From: Mobula hypostoma
Lineage: Eukaryota
Length of the DNA: 64,000 nt
Direction of reading: 5' to 3'
NCBI RefSeq assembly: GCF_963921235.1
Contig: NC_086108.1
Span: forward strand, 53,136,001-53,200,000
Shown here: positions 52,173 to 64,000 of the stretch, in pieces
Layout: the number at the start of each line of letters is the position of its first letter
Position numbering within the stretch: the first letter of the stretch is position 1
The notes under the pieces: generated by a model
Told to the model about the DNA's origin: nothing
What the model saw: only the letters and a program-made list of their open reading frames with translations
The model's database searches: none
Program-made: the position numbers and the translations under genes

Positions 52173-53306
52173 ATGACCCTGTCAGGCAGCGGCAGCGCGA
52201 GCGACATGTCAGGGCACACAGTCCTCACAGCAGAGGATGTCGATATTGATGTGGTAGGAGAAGGAGACGAGGGCATGGGAAAGGACAGCGACTCTGAGAG
52301 CCACGCCACCCACGATCAGGGAGAAGAGGTGGAGGAGATCGGGGCAAGGGAAATTGCGGAAAGTCCTACCGCTATCTGCCAGCCTTCCTCGGAGGGAGAA
52401 ATCGCCAAATCGGAAACTCAGGAAAGTGGCTCCTCGAACGGCAACAACGTTTCCAAACCCAAGAACAGTTTGGTGAAGCCACCTTACTCGTACATTGCTC
52501 TCATCACCATGTCTATCTTGCAAAGTCCCCAGAAAAAGTTAACCCTTAGTGGGATCTGTGAGTTCATCAGCAACCGTTTCCCTTATTACAGGGAGAAATT
52601 TCCAGCCTGGCAGAACTCTATCAGGCACAACTTGTCCCTGAATGACTGCTTTGTGAAGATTCCCAGGGAGCCTGGTAATCCGGGTAAAGGGAACTACTGG
52701 ACGCTGGATCCACAGTCTGAAGATATGTTTGACAATGGGAGCTTTCTCCGTCGGCGGAAAAGGTTCAAGAGGCAGCCGACAGACCATCTGAGAGAGCAGA
52801 CTGCCCTCATGATGCAGAGTTTTGGAGCTTATAGCCTGAGCGGTCCTTACGGGCGTCCCTATGCGCTGCCTCCTGCCTCTTACTCTCATCCCGCCGCTCT
52901 TCAATATTCCTACATTCCCCCCGTGGGTCCTATGCTACCCCCAGTCGTCCCACTCATCCCATCCAGTGAACTCAACAGGAAAGCCTTTAATTCCCAGCTC
53001 AGTCCCAATCTTCAGCTCCAACTCAGCAGCCTGAGCTCCACATCCATCGTCAAATCGGAGCCCACCAGCAGACCTTCTTTCAGCATCGAGAATATTATCG
53101 GAGTGACAAGCACGTCAGGCAGCTCACAAACTTTCATGCGGCCGCCAATAACCGCTCAGTCGGCTTTGGTCAGTCCTCAGCCCTTGTCCTTAGTGAGAAC
53201 CACGGCTGCAATCACCCCAATCCTCAGTGTCCCCACGAACATAATTTCCGGACAATTCTTACAATCAGCAGCTTCGGCCGCCGGAGTGACCAAATGGCCA
53301 TCTTAA
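52173..53306 (+). CDS. FOXD3: Forkhead box protein D3, single coding exon, 377 aa
   Basis: N-terminus [32 protein letters not shown] is characteristic of FoxD3; forkhead domain [12 protein letters not shown]...[13 protein letters not shown]...[20 protein letters not shown] from 52476; eh1 Groucho-binding motif FSIENIIG at 53079-53102; ALG6 lies downstream. The ORF-track start at 52155 is a TTG; the first ATG is 52173. Confidence 0.98.
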   Translation: MTLSGSGSASDMSGHTVLTAEDVDIDVVGEGDEGMGKDSDSESHATHDQGEEVEEIGAREIAESPTAICQPSSEGEIAKSETQESGSSNGNNVSKPKNSLVKPPYSYIALITMSILQSPQKKLTLSGICEFISNRFPYYREKFPAWQNSIRHNLSLNDCFVKIPREPGNPGKGNYWTLDPQSEDMFDNGSFLRRRKRFKRQPTDHLREQTALMMQSFGAYSLSGPYGRPYALPPASYSHPAALQYSYIPPVGPMLPPVVPLIPSSELNRKAFNSQLSPNLQLQLSSLSSTSIVKSEPTSRPSFSIENIIGVTSTSGSSQTFMRPPITAQSALVSPQPLSLVRTTAAITPILSVPTNIISGQFLQSAASAAGVTKWPS

Positions 53307-53761
53307 TACCTTCTCTGCTTCCAATCGCTCACTCACCATACCATTTTTCCTATGGTAGTGAGTTGCACTGAACTTGACTGCAAATTATAGACTATAATCT
53401 TATCTTATATAAAAAAGGAATGCTTTCTGTACAGGTAAATACATTTGTAAATATTTATATAAAGAACCTATCGGTTGATAGTCATTGAGTTTTATTTTTT
53501 AATTAGACAGTTTCACAGTTGTAGTATAGAGCTATGGGCTTTCTCTCTTAATGTCTTTTTGAAAAGTTCATTGCCGGTAGTTTATTGATGAACATGTACA
53601 GATATTATTGACGACTGAATCATTCTAAAGAATTAATCCAACGGGGAAAAACGGTCAATATTGTATACGACTACAAAAGCTTAAAGCCCTTTATATGAAT
53701 TAAATATATGTATTCTATGTAGCGCCGCCGTCGTGTTGTACAATGGGAATTAAACTTTATA

Positions 53762-53767
53762 AATAAA
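53762..53767 (+). terminator. Candidate FOXD3 polyadenylation signal
   Basis: AATAAA about 455 nt after the stop, with TGTA elements upstream and GT-rich TGTTCTTGTT downstream. Confidence 0.6.
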
Positions 53768-56227
53768 TTTTACAAATTGCAAACATTCATGTTCTTGTTC
53801 ATTTATAAAAAAATATATGCTATCAGCTGATAGATAATTTTAAAGTTTTTTTCTCTATCATAATTGTATTATGCGCGAAAGGATTACCACCCCACTGTTC
53901 AAATACATTACCATGACAATAATCTCCAAAAGAAACGATAATATGACAGCTCGGCACATAATTATATTAAAAAAATCTCCAGTTGCGACGGCATTGAGGT
54001 CATTGCCTTTTTAAATTAAAAGCCATTTAATCAGCGGACATTTTGCGATAGATATAGGGACGAAATTTGAGCTGACAGCACTTACTGTATAACTTCATGG
54101 AAGAGAGGTTCACAAGGGCAAACTGAATCGGGCTCGATTGAAATCTTTTTTTCATTTTAGTAATGTAGAGAAATATTTTCATTGGGACATTTGTCATTTT
54201 AAAAGGCCGTGCTTAATAAAATCTCTAAACAAAGCGCTTTACCATGAGACTCATGTTACGCATATAATACACGTAATTCGGATTGTACGTGTTTTTTTTG
54301 CATGGGATCGCAGGAGATTGCATTACTTATATAGATAGGAAAGCATTAACTGCCATCACTCTAAACTGGTTAAAGAGGTGCGTTCGAGCAGATTTTGTTT
54401 TCTGGGAAGAACCCGCTTTGACGGCCTACCAGGAGTTACAGTTTAGATTTCTTAGCATAATTTTTCTCGTAGAGTCATAAGGTACAAGTTAAAATAAGAT
54501 GCAGGGGCGCACCAGCAATATGGTATCTACAAGTTTCCTAAAACAATGAGAAGAATACGGATGAAATAAAACAGGAACAGTGCGTGGATCGTATGTGAAA
54601 TAATATTAAACATTCAAAGGAATTAGCGCTCTGAGACGCAGATCTAAACGTTCTGCGAAGCTTCACCGTTCCCGGAGTTGCTCAGCTGCAAGCAGACTTA
54701 GAAATGTTGCATCTGAACGAATGTTCAATACGTACTAAACATTTGCTATTTAAATACATTCAGAATTTTTTTCCAATCAATTGTACAAATTCTGAAGCTG
54801 AACTCTCTAGAATGGAATAAAATGTCATGGAAATGGGAAGCGTGGTTCTTCCAAGCTGTGTAATATGAATTCAAACAAATAGAAGCCCACCACGCTGACT
54901 TCACTTTCAGTTCTTGGAAAGAAGGAAATATGATGTTCAGAAAGAATTCCGGCTTTAACTAATTTTTGTTTTAAAATATTGTATGGGGGTGGGGGGGGGG
55001 GGAGAGAATTGCCTAAGAAGACAATTTTCGTTTTCAATGTTAAATATTTTGCTAATAATCTCGGGCAACGAGGTTGTGTTCGCATCGCCAGCTCTTCTCT
55101 CTCGGCTGTTTGTCTATGTGTCGAGGCTTCAAGTGTCATTGCTGGTATTGAATTTCCTTATTTACTTCACACTCTGTGCTTAAAGAGAGTTGCGAGATGA
55201 CTGACCCCGTCCAATATGAACAACATTTGCGCCCCGGCCAAGACACGATTTCTTTCTATAACCGTAAATATTATTTTACATGAGCAAACATTTATACCTC
55301 AGTATAAAAACACCAAATGAAGTGAGCCTCCCTGCTCGTCGGGGTGTGGTCTGAGTACTGGGATATACAGTATATTTGATAATCATTTGACACGGGTAGA
55401 AACGTCCACCTCCAACTTTATTTGAAGGGCAACATAATAACAGCAGATCCTTTCCCTAAATTGAATCTCCCCAAGTAATCCTTTTACAAGGAAACTGAAA
55501 CTGATCTAAAAATGTATTGCCTCTTGTTTCTATAAACGTAACAAGATGTTAAGCATTTGCGACCCTACTTATGAGTCGCGTTTACACAAATCTAGCAAAT
55601 GGCGGATGGTTAGTGAAATATGACCGTTAGTTCTATATTTAACTGATACCCCTGGGAAAGTAGAAGGCGACTCCTAAAGTCAGTGTCCGGCTCGCAAACT
55701 TGCCGATATAACCATTCCTAAATGACAACGCTCATTCCAACACTGATCCTTTGTTGCCTCCAACTTTTACTGAATCGTATTTATCCCCATTTGTAAACTT
55801 TGAGTCGCCTTCCAGTCAAATGTAATCTTAAAGTGATTTATGATTCTTGAATTTTCGCTCAACGAGACGACATAAAAATAAACTTCACAATCTTCTGCAT
55901 TAACGGAGAATAGATGAAAACCACCAGTTTTAACCCCACCTGTTCAAAATGATTTTTTTTTTTAAATTAAGGAACTCTCGTCTGGAGCAAACTGCTTAAT
56001 GTCACTCCAACCCAGAGGAGAAGGTACAAGTCCCGATTGACTAATTGACAACCATGAGACGAGAATTGGTAACCATAATCTTGGTCCTCGTTATAGTCAG
56101 AGTTTAGATCTCAGCGCTGTGTTGATAATGATGTGAGCAACATCATAATAATTATTTCAGCTTAACCAAATCTCGTTCCGTTTGGAAGATCGGGGTTTTC
56201 TTTGGACGGCTGTGCGATACCGGAACG

Positions 56228-56246
56228 GAGCACTAGATGGCACTTA
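56228..56246 (+). promoter_or_regulatory. CTCF-like motif between FOXD3 and ALG6
   Basis: GAGCACTAGATGGCACT versus consensus CCACYAGRKGGCRS (one mismatch at the first C). Confidence 0.55.
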
Positions 56247-58231
56247 TGGAATGTGCTTGAAATGTCTACAATGTTAACAACTGTCTGACAGGTACTTTCA
56301 ACACAAGAGCAAATTAGAGAAAAGTTTAACCCTTACCAATTTTTACCAATAAAACATGCGGACATATCATAAATGTATGCACGCGACCGTGTTGGAATTA
56401 CGCACCTGACCTTCCGAGGAAGTGATCATGTTTATAAAATATTAAAATGTAATTTACTGGATTTTACCGGAGCCTATTTTCGGACTGAATCCTGGTAAAG
56501 GTGATGCCTCTGTTTTTGTTCTTCGGGAACCCAACTATTTTTGCATTTAATACGTAAATGAAACCTTCCCTCACCGAGGTCCAGGACCACAAGGTTTCAG
56601 CGTGAGAAATGAGAAGGGATTTTGTTTCGGAAAACCGCTGGCCCTGTACCGGGTCATGGGATTGAAAGAGGAGGCGTCCCTGTTGCTAGAGACGGATCAC
56701 ACACACACTGCTCGTCTACCTAGCACGCAAGGTGGTACACTAATTACAAAATTCATTCCCGATTCTTGTCCAGTGGGAGTGGTGTCCAATTCATTTCAAC
56801 CTAAAATGTTATCTTTAGTAGATGTATCAGCGACCCTTTCTTAAACTAAATAAATCATTATTTGTTTTTTTTTGCCGTGACTTTTACTCACACGTTATTT
56901 GTGCTCTTACCTGCGACCAAACAGCCAAGTCAATTAAACATTTGATCCGTGATTATGTATTTCAAATATTGTATTATTTTAAAATAATCTGATCAAGTTC
57001 AGCTGTAAACAAGCAGCGGTACGATTCACACCGACCAGTCCGAGTTCAAGTCTGCTGTTTACTGCCAATCGATTCTCAGACACGCAGCCACTGAGTACCA
57101 TGGCATATTTTCTACGCTTTTAAATGCACTTCGAGAGTACCGTTTACAAATATTTCACAGCGGTGGGTTTAAACGGCGTATTTTTAAAATGTAGTAAGTA
57201 AATTCAGCAACCTGGGATTATTTTGTCTGATAGATTCTACTTGGTTGGCTAAATTCTGTGGTCGTGCAGACGTTGTCCGAATTAAGCCGGTTTCCCGAGC
57301 GATTTTTCTCCTGATAATGAATTGAAATGAACAATTTCTATGTATAAATACACACAGTAAGCGTAGGAAATAACACGATTACTATGATAACTAGACCATT
57401 AGCAAGTATTTTCCGGTTATTGAATAGATAAATATATCATTCGACTTGGCGTAGCTGACAACATTGAAATATAAATAACAATATGAGCTGTTCGAAATTG
57501 ACATTAATATCCAATGGAATATCCAAAGTAACAGTTACATTTTGCTTTTAGATTCTAAGCTTTAGACATTCGGGCAAGCACACAAACGAACTTGTTGGTC
57601 ACAAAGGAATATGAGCATTTTCATTAAATTATTATTTTAAAAACTTTTAATAATTGACTAAAATCTACAAATCTGTTACTTTGTGCGCTTAAATAATTCC
57701 TTACAAGAGGAATTATCGTAAGAGGAAAAGACGAAAAGTATTTAGCAACCAAAGTTTCTCAGAATGAATGAAAACGAATCCAATTAAATTGTTCTACTTT
57801 TGTATTAAAACTAGGATATTCAATTAAATACCATTCTCAAATCTTGTCACTATCCAGATCAACTTAAATATATTCGAGGTTATGTATGAGACATCTAATT
57901 AGATAAAACTAATTGGCTCAACTGGTTCCATTATAATGTATGATGACAAATGAGGTTAAAATAATATTAATTTTGGCAGCAATATAAGGGAGCATAGCAG
58001 AAAGTTTAAAAACTGTCTGATGGTAGACATTGACATAAACGATTTTATAAAAACACGATCGCCCAAACCATTCGTTTGACGTTATCGCGAGGTGAACTCG
58101 TATGAGCATAAGCAAATTTCCCCTCACGGTTTCCTGAACTGTTTGACCCTATTACACCCTTATTAATAAATGATTGAAACACATGTAGTTCCATAACAGG
58201 TGTGGGTCATTCTATCCTCTATTCCTAAACA

Positions 58232-58291
58232 GTCGGCACAACATTGTGGGCCGAAGGGCCTGTACTGTGCTGTTCTATGTTCTATGTTCTA
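58232..58291 (+). mobile_element. 60-bp CR1 3' tail
   Basis: GTCGGCACAACATTGTGGGCCGAAGGGCCTGTACTGTGCTG(TTCTATG)n, nearly identical to 7000-7060. Confidence 0.8.
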
Positions 58292-58740
58292 AATCTTAAT
58301 TCTAAGTTTTCTACGTCCTGCTCTGTATCAGTATTAGCAGCCAATAACACACCTTTATGTGCAAAGGATAACATACAATTATAGCACCAATCCATATATA
58401 TAAAATCAGGAATGAAATGTCAGTCCAGATATCTTACATTTGTCTATATCAGTTCTACTGTAAGTTTCGCTAAAATACGTCAAATTGAAATACAACCCAA
58501 ATACGAATTTAAAATGTGGGTACTGTAGTTAGAATTGAAACAGCTTCTGAAATGGTTGTAGGTATCCAATGAACATTAACTTAAGTAGTTTTATAAAATG
58601 TATATATTGCAGTTATTCAATGAGAAGTTAAACCATTTTAAAGTTTATCTTTAAAAGTGACACTTAGAGTTTTCTCTGGAACTTAACTCAAACAAGCTTG
58701 CCGTAACTGAAAGTAAATTACTCACTGTCAATACACAACA

Positions 58741-58860
58741 CTGCGCCTGATTTGGCTCTGTTAGAGTGCTTACGTCATCAGGAGGCGCCGGCGGAGTTGG
58801 ATTGAGTTGAAGCGCATGCGCGGACTTCAGGAAGTGCCGGGCGGAGTAAAGGCGGACGAG
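58741..58860 (+). promoter_or_regulatory. TATA-less CpG-rich ALG6 promoter
   Basis: TTACGTCA (CRE/ATF, 58770-58777); GCGCATGCGC (NRF1, 58812-58821); CAGGAAGTG (ETS, 58828-58836); GGGCGGAG (GC box, 58839-58846). Confidence 0.8.
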
Positions 58861-58910
58861 AAGAAACTAGAGAAGGAATTGGTTTGGGGAAGAAAGTTGC
58901 TGCTCTCGAC

Positions 58911-58992
58911 ATGGAGCGATGGAGTCTCATTGCTGTAGTACTCATTGTCAATTTAACAGTTCGTTGGGCGGTGTCCCTGAACCCTTACTCAG
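58911..58992 (+). CDS. ALG6: ALG6 alpha-1,3-glucosyltransferase, coding exon 1 (82 nt)
   Basis: MERWSLIAVVLIVNLTVRWAVSLNPYS(G) resembles human [28 protein letters not shown]; donor AG|GTCTGT. Confidence 0.93.
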
Positions 58993-60343
58993 GTCTGTAT
59001 TGCTGTTGTTCAGCCCTCAAGATGGTAAAACGTACCCTCCCCTCAAGCCAGACTCTTGTGGTGCTTGTGCACAGAGTGGAAAGGTCAACAGTTGCCTCTA
59101 CCATTCACCTGAATTGTTGTCGTTTCGGCTCGAGAGCCTTTATCAAATCTTGAACATCCTTCTGCATCCACATGTGTTTCTTGGCCCGCTGAATTCTTCC
59201 AGTTGATTTTCGCTCCAGATTACTACATCTGCAATCTCTCATTTTTTGAATGATATTTTGCTCATTAATGATTAAAGTCTATACAACTGTGATATAGTTT
59301 AAAAGTTCAGCTGAAATCACTTGCATGTGTGACATAGTCCTGCGAATATGAATGCATGAATTTTGTGCAACTTTCTCAATACTTCTTAAAATGTTTCATA
59401 AATAGTTTTCAAAGCATGAAGTCGCTGTCAAGCTCGCCTTTTATTTGGTTTCTGATTCTCCTGCTGCTGAGGCTGCCTTGATATGATCCCCAACCCACCC
59501 TCAAAGCTTTGTCTATTGACAATATCTTTTCATTTGTCCCACAATTCCTGGTTGTGGCTCCAACTGCAGTTTTATTGTCCTTTGAATTCCATGCCAGTGA
59601 GTCTATTTCACATCTTGTGCATTTTTTCTTTTTCCTTTTTAATTGTTTTATGAATGATTTTTTTGCGTAGCTGATTAGTCTTCAATAAGAAATTTCTGCT
59701 TTAAATTGACCATTTCTATTTTTATGCTATTTTAATTTTATTATTATCACAATATTGTTGCTGCAACAGAGCTTTCTTACCACTGCCACCTTTCTTACTC
59801 ATTTTACATGGTCCATAGTTTGAAAATTCATCACTAGTAGTTTATTGCTTCCTTAATAGTTTGGGTTGTTGCCATTTGAGAATCTAGACAACATTCTTAG
59901 TCACTTTTTAAAACTGTTCTGTCAAGTTATAATCAGGGTTTGAGCCCACATTTCCTCACATTAAAATGCTTGTTGATTATTGGTCTTGAAAAAGCATGTT
60001 GTCATCAACAACTTTGTACAAAAGGCATTTTGAGGAGATAGGAGAATGTATCTTACTAAAGAACCTAGTCTTCTCACTTTATAGAATACTGTGTAGTCTG
60101 TTCTATGGTCTGTATCAAGAGTCAAGAAGCTTGGATAGTACTTTCTCACTACTGAAATGATACTCCTCACTAGCTGTACTGCTGCAGCAGGCAGGCAGTC
60201 AATTAACCTCAGAATGGGATTCTTTTTCTACTTTTTTTCCACTCTGCACATAGAGGCAATGCAGTTGCTCTCAGAAGCGTAACTTTCACTAAGAATGCTC
60301 TTTGATGTTATCTCTACAGCTGCTTTTTTTTCTGTGTTATCAG

Positions 60344-60428
60344 GTGCTAGTAAGCCACCGATGTATGGAGACTATGAAGCTCAGAGACACTGGCAGGAGA
60401 TTACGCTCAATTTACCCATCCATCAATG
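60344..60428 (+). CDS. ALG6: ALG6 coding exon 2 (85 nt)
   Basis: T-rich tract and CAG acceptor; [28 protein letters not shown](W) carries the conserved GDYEAQRHW motif; phase fits exons 1 and 3; donor TG|GTTTGT. Confidence 0.96.
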
Positions 60429-60674
60429 GTTTGTGATTTTGCAGTGCAATTAACTAACTAACTAAGTAACTAACTAAGGTGTGTTTAAGTAAGGAGATAA
60501 GGACGTCTCTATTAATTTTTTTCTAGAATGTGATTGAAGAAAAAAATCTGTTTCTTTCCTCCAACCCTTTCTCTTCCATACTACTGCAGCAATGATTTGA
60601 TTCTGACACTTTTGCAATAGTTGTATTAAGTTCTTTGTATGTGAGATGGGAAAAGGTAAACAGAGAGTAAGAGG

Positions 60675-63577
60675 TGGAAAATTTCTTAAATGCATTTATT
60701 TTAATGCTGGGAGCATTATAAGAAAGGTGGATGAGCTTAAAGCATGGATTGATACCTGGAAGTATGATGTGGTAACTATTTGTGAAACATGGTTACAGGA
60801 GGGGTGTGATTGACAATTAAATATTCCTGGATTTAATTGCTTCAGGTGTGATAGAATCGGAGGGACAAGAAGGGGAGGTGTTGCATTGCTTGTCAGAGAA
60901 AATATTACAGCGGTGCTCTGGCAGGATAGATTAGAGGGCTTGCCTAGGGAGGCTATTTGGGTGGAATTGAGGAATGGGAAAGGTGTAGTAACACTTATGG
61001 GGGTGTATTATAGACCACCAAATGGGGAGCGAGAATTGGAGGAGCAAATTTGTAAGGAGATAGCAGATATTTGTTGTAAGCACAAGGTTGTGATTGTGAG
61101 AGATTTTAATTTTCCACACATAGTCTGGGAAGCCCATACTGTAAAAGGGCTGGATGGTTTGGAGTTTGTAAAATGTGTGCAGGATAGTTTTTTGCAGCAA
61201 TACATAGAGGTACCAACGAGAGAAGGGGCAGTGTTGGATCTCCTGTTAGGGAATGAGATAGATCTGGTGACGGAGGTTTGTGTTGGGGAGCACTTCAGGT
61301 CCAGTGATCACAATGCTATTAGTTTCAATATAATTATGGAGAAGGATAGGTCTGGACCCAAGGTTGAGATTTTTGATTGGAGAAAGGCTAACCTTGAGGA
61401 GATGCGAAAGGATTTAGAAGGAGTAGATTGGGACAATTTGTTTTATGGGAAGAATGTAATAGAGAAATGGAGGTCATTTAAAGGTGAAATTTTGAGGGGG
61501 AAGATACAGAATCTTTATGTTCCTGTTCCTATTAGGTTGAAAGGAAAGGTTAAAAGTTTGAGAGAGCCATGGTTTTCAAGGGATATTGGAAATTTGGCTC
61601 GGAAAAAGAGAGAGATCTACAATAAATATAGGCAGCATGGAGTATATGAGGTGCTCGAGGAATATAAAGAATGTAAAAAGAATCTTAAGAAAGAAATTAG
61701 AAAAGCTAAAAGAAGATATGAGGTTGCTTTGGCAAGTAAGGTGAAAATAAATCCCAAGGGTTTCTACAGTTATATTAATAGCAAAAGGATAGAGAGGGAT
61801 AAAATTGGTCCCTTAGAGAATCAGAGTGGACAGCTATGTGTGGAGCCAAAAGAGATGGGGTAGATTCTGAACAATTTCTTTTCTTCGGTATTCACTAAGG
61901 AGAAGGATGTTGAATTGTGTAAGATAAGAGAAACAGGTAGGGAAGTTATGGAAGCTATGATGATTAAAGAAGAGGGAGTACTGGCGCTTTTAAGGAATAT
62001 AAAAGTGGATAAGTCTCTGGGTCCTGACAGGATATTCCCCAGGACCTTGAGGGTAGTTAGTGTGGAAATAGCAGGGGTTTTGACAGAAACATTTCAAATG
62101 TCATTAGAAACGGGAATGGTGCCGGAGGATTGGCGTATTGCTCATGTTGTTCCATTGTTTAAAAAGGGTTCTAAGAGTAAACCTAACAATTATCGGCCTA
62201 TGAGTTTGACGTCAGTGGTGGGTAAATTGATGGAAAGTATTCTTAGAGATGGTATATATAATTATCTGGATAGACGGGGTCTGATTAGGAACAGTCAACA
62301 TGGATTTGTGCGTGTAGGTCATGTTTGACAAATCTTATTGAATTTTTTGAAGAGGTTACTAGGAAAGTTGATGAGGGTAAAGTGATGGATGTTGTCAATA
62401 TGGACTTCGGTAAGGCCCTTGACAAGGTTCCACACAGAAGGTTAGTTAGGAAGGTTCAATTGTTAGGTATTAATATTGAAGTAGTAAAATGGATTCAGCA
62501 GTGGCTGGATGGGAGACGCCAGAGAGTGGTGGTGGATAACTGTTTGTCAGCGTGGAAGGCGGTGACTAGTGGTGTGCCTCAGCGATCTGTACTGTGTCCA
62601 ATGTTGTTTGTCATATACATTAATGATCTGGATGATGGGGTGGTAAATTGGATGAGTAAATATGCAGATGATACTAAGATAGGTGGAGTTGTGGATAATG
62701 AAGTAGGTTTTCAAAGCTTGCAGTGAGATTTAGGCCAGTTGGAAGAGTGGGCTGAAGGATGGCAGAGGGAGTTTAATGCTGATAAATGTGAGGTGCTACA
62801 TTTTGGTAGGATTAATCAAAATAGGCAATACATGATAAATGGTAGGGCACTGAAGATTGCAGTAGAAAAGAGGGATCTAGGAATAATGGTGCATAGTTCC
62901 CTGAAGGTGAAAGTTCATGTGGATAGGGTGGTGAAGAAAGCTTTTGGTATGCTGGCCTTTATAAATCAAAGCATTGAGTATAGGAGTTGGGATATAATGT
63001 TGAAATTGTACAAGGCATTGGTGAGGCCAAATTTGGAGTATTGTGTACAGCTTTGGTGACCGAATTATAGGAAAGATGTCAGCAAAATAGAGTACAGAGA
63101 AGATTTACTAGAATGTTACCTGGGTTTCATCACCTAAGTTACAGAGAAAGGTTGAACAAGTTGGGTCTTTATTCTTTGGAACATAGAAGGTTGAGGGGGT
63201 TATTGATAGAGGTATTTAAAATTATGAGGGGGATAGATAGAGTTGACGTTGATAGGCTTTTTCCATTGAGAGTGGGGGAGATTCAAACATGAGGACATGA
63301 GTTGAGAGTTAAAGGGCAAAAGTTTTGGGGCAACATGAGGGGGAACTTCTTTACTCAGAGAGTGGTAGCTGTATGGAACGAGCTTCCAGCAGAAGTGGTT
63401 GAGGCAGGTTCCATGTTGTCATTTAAAGTTAAATTAGACAGCTATATGGACAGGAAAGGAATGGAGGGTTATGGGCTGAGTGCAGGTCGGTGGGACTAGG
63501 TGAGAGTAAGAGTTCGGCATGAACTAGAAGGGCCGAGATGACCTGTTTCTGTGCTGTAATTATTATATGGTTATATG
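60675..63577 (+). mobile_element. CR1-clade LINE covering nearly all of ORF2 (APE endonuclease and RT), disabled, in ALG6 intron 2
   Basis: LKCIYFNAGSI...ETW, GGVA, GVYYRPP, DFNFP, LDLLL and SDH (APE motifs); RT motifs including YADD; stops at about 60811, 61861, 62724 and 63057 plus frameshifts; tail (TTATATGG)2; GTAAGAGG direct repeats at both ends. Confidence 0.95.
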
Positions 63578-63910
63578 GTAAGAGGCTATTCAACCATTTC
63601 AGAAACATTAGGATCATAATCTCATTTAGCATCTTTCTAGAAAGAGGCATTAGATACTGATCATACATGCAATGTCCAACTCTCTGCCTCTTTACTCAAC
63701 TGCGTGTGCCCTGCTGAGAATAGCTGACTCATCTCAAACCTTTTCCTGAATCTGAGAGAGTCATGATTCTTTATCATGCAGCACAATTACCTCTGGGAGG
63801 GCATTGCTAAAAACAGCATCGTTTAATAAATAAACTTCTTATGAAATGTGCATTATAAACAACCCAAGATCCAGCAATCTCTGAATGTATTGTTAATTTA
63901 TTTCCCTCAG

Positions 63911-64000
63911 GTACTTCAATACAAGCAACAATGATCTCAAGTATTGGGGACTTGATTATCCACCTTTAACTGCTTACCACAGTCTGCTTTGTGCATATGT
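63911..64000 (+). CDS. ALG6: ALG6 coding exon 3 (90 nt visible; reaches the window end, donor not visible)
   Basis: Acceptor TTTCCCTCAG; (W)[29 protein letters not shown](V) carries the WGLDYPP motif. Confidence 0.96.

Noticed and set aside
52209..52904. Two antisense ORFs over FOXD3
   Set aside because: Shadow ORFs of a GC-rich coding strand.
54501..54515. Second CTCF-like site GCAGGGGCGC
   Set aside because: One G short and lacks the 5' CCAS part; too weak.
58993..59153. Continuation of the 89-aa ORF past ALG6 exon 1
   Set aside because: Read-through into the intron; ALG6 similarity resumes at 60344 in the correct phase.

Overview
Vertebrate genomic DNA, most likely from a cartilaginous fish (repeat content suggests a ray or shark; this is inference). 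The window covers about 52 kb of repeat-rich, gene-free sequence upstream of an intact single-exon FOXD3 gene (52173-53306, +), followed by the promoter and first three coding exons of ALG6 (+), matching the conserved vertebrate FOXD3-ALG6 order. The upstream region holds CR1-clade LINEs (one with a single nonsense codon in the visible 2.1 kb), Rex1/Babar LINEs, an RTE-derived piece, a 1.26-kb solo LTR with a 5-bp TSD, and many Penelope-like (GIY-YIG) fragments. The most notable observation is that the Penelope tail carries a minimal type-I hammerhead ribozyme motif. This tail family also occurs as 70-220 bp inserts flanked by 9-15 bp target-site duplications, some folded back as hairpins, and one has its empty site preserved in a local paralogous copy. 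From about 43.8 to 59.2 kb the DNA becomes CpG-retaining and nearly transposon-free, like a hypomethylated domain around FOXD3, with a CTCF-like site between FOXD3 and ALG6. Repeat boundaries are approximate unless a TSD is given. No database searches were run.
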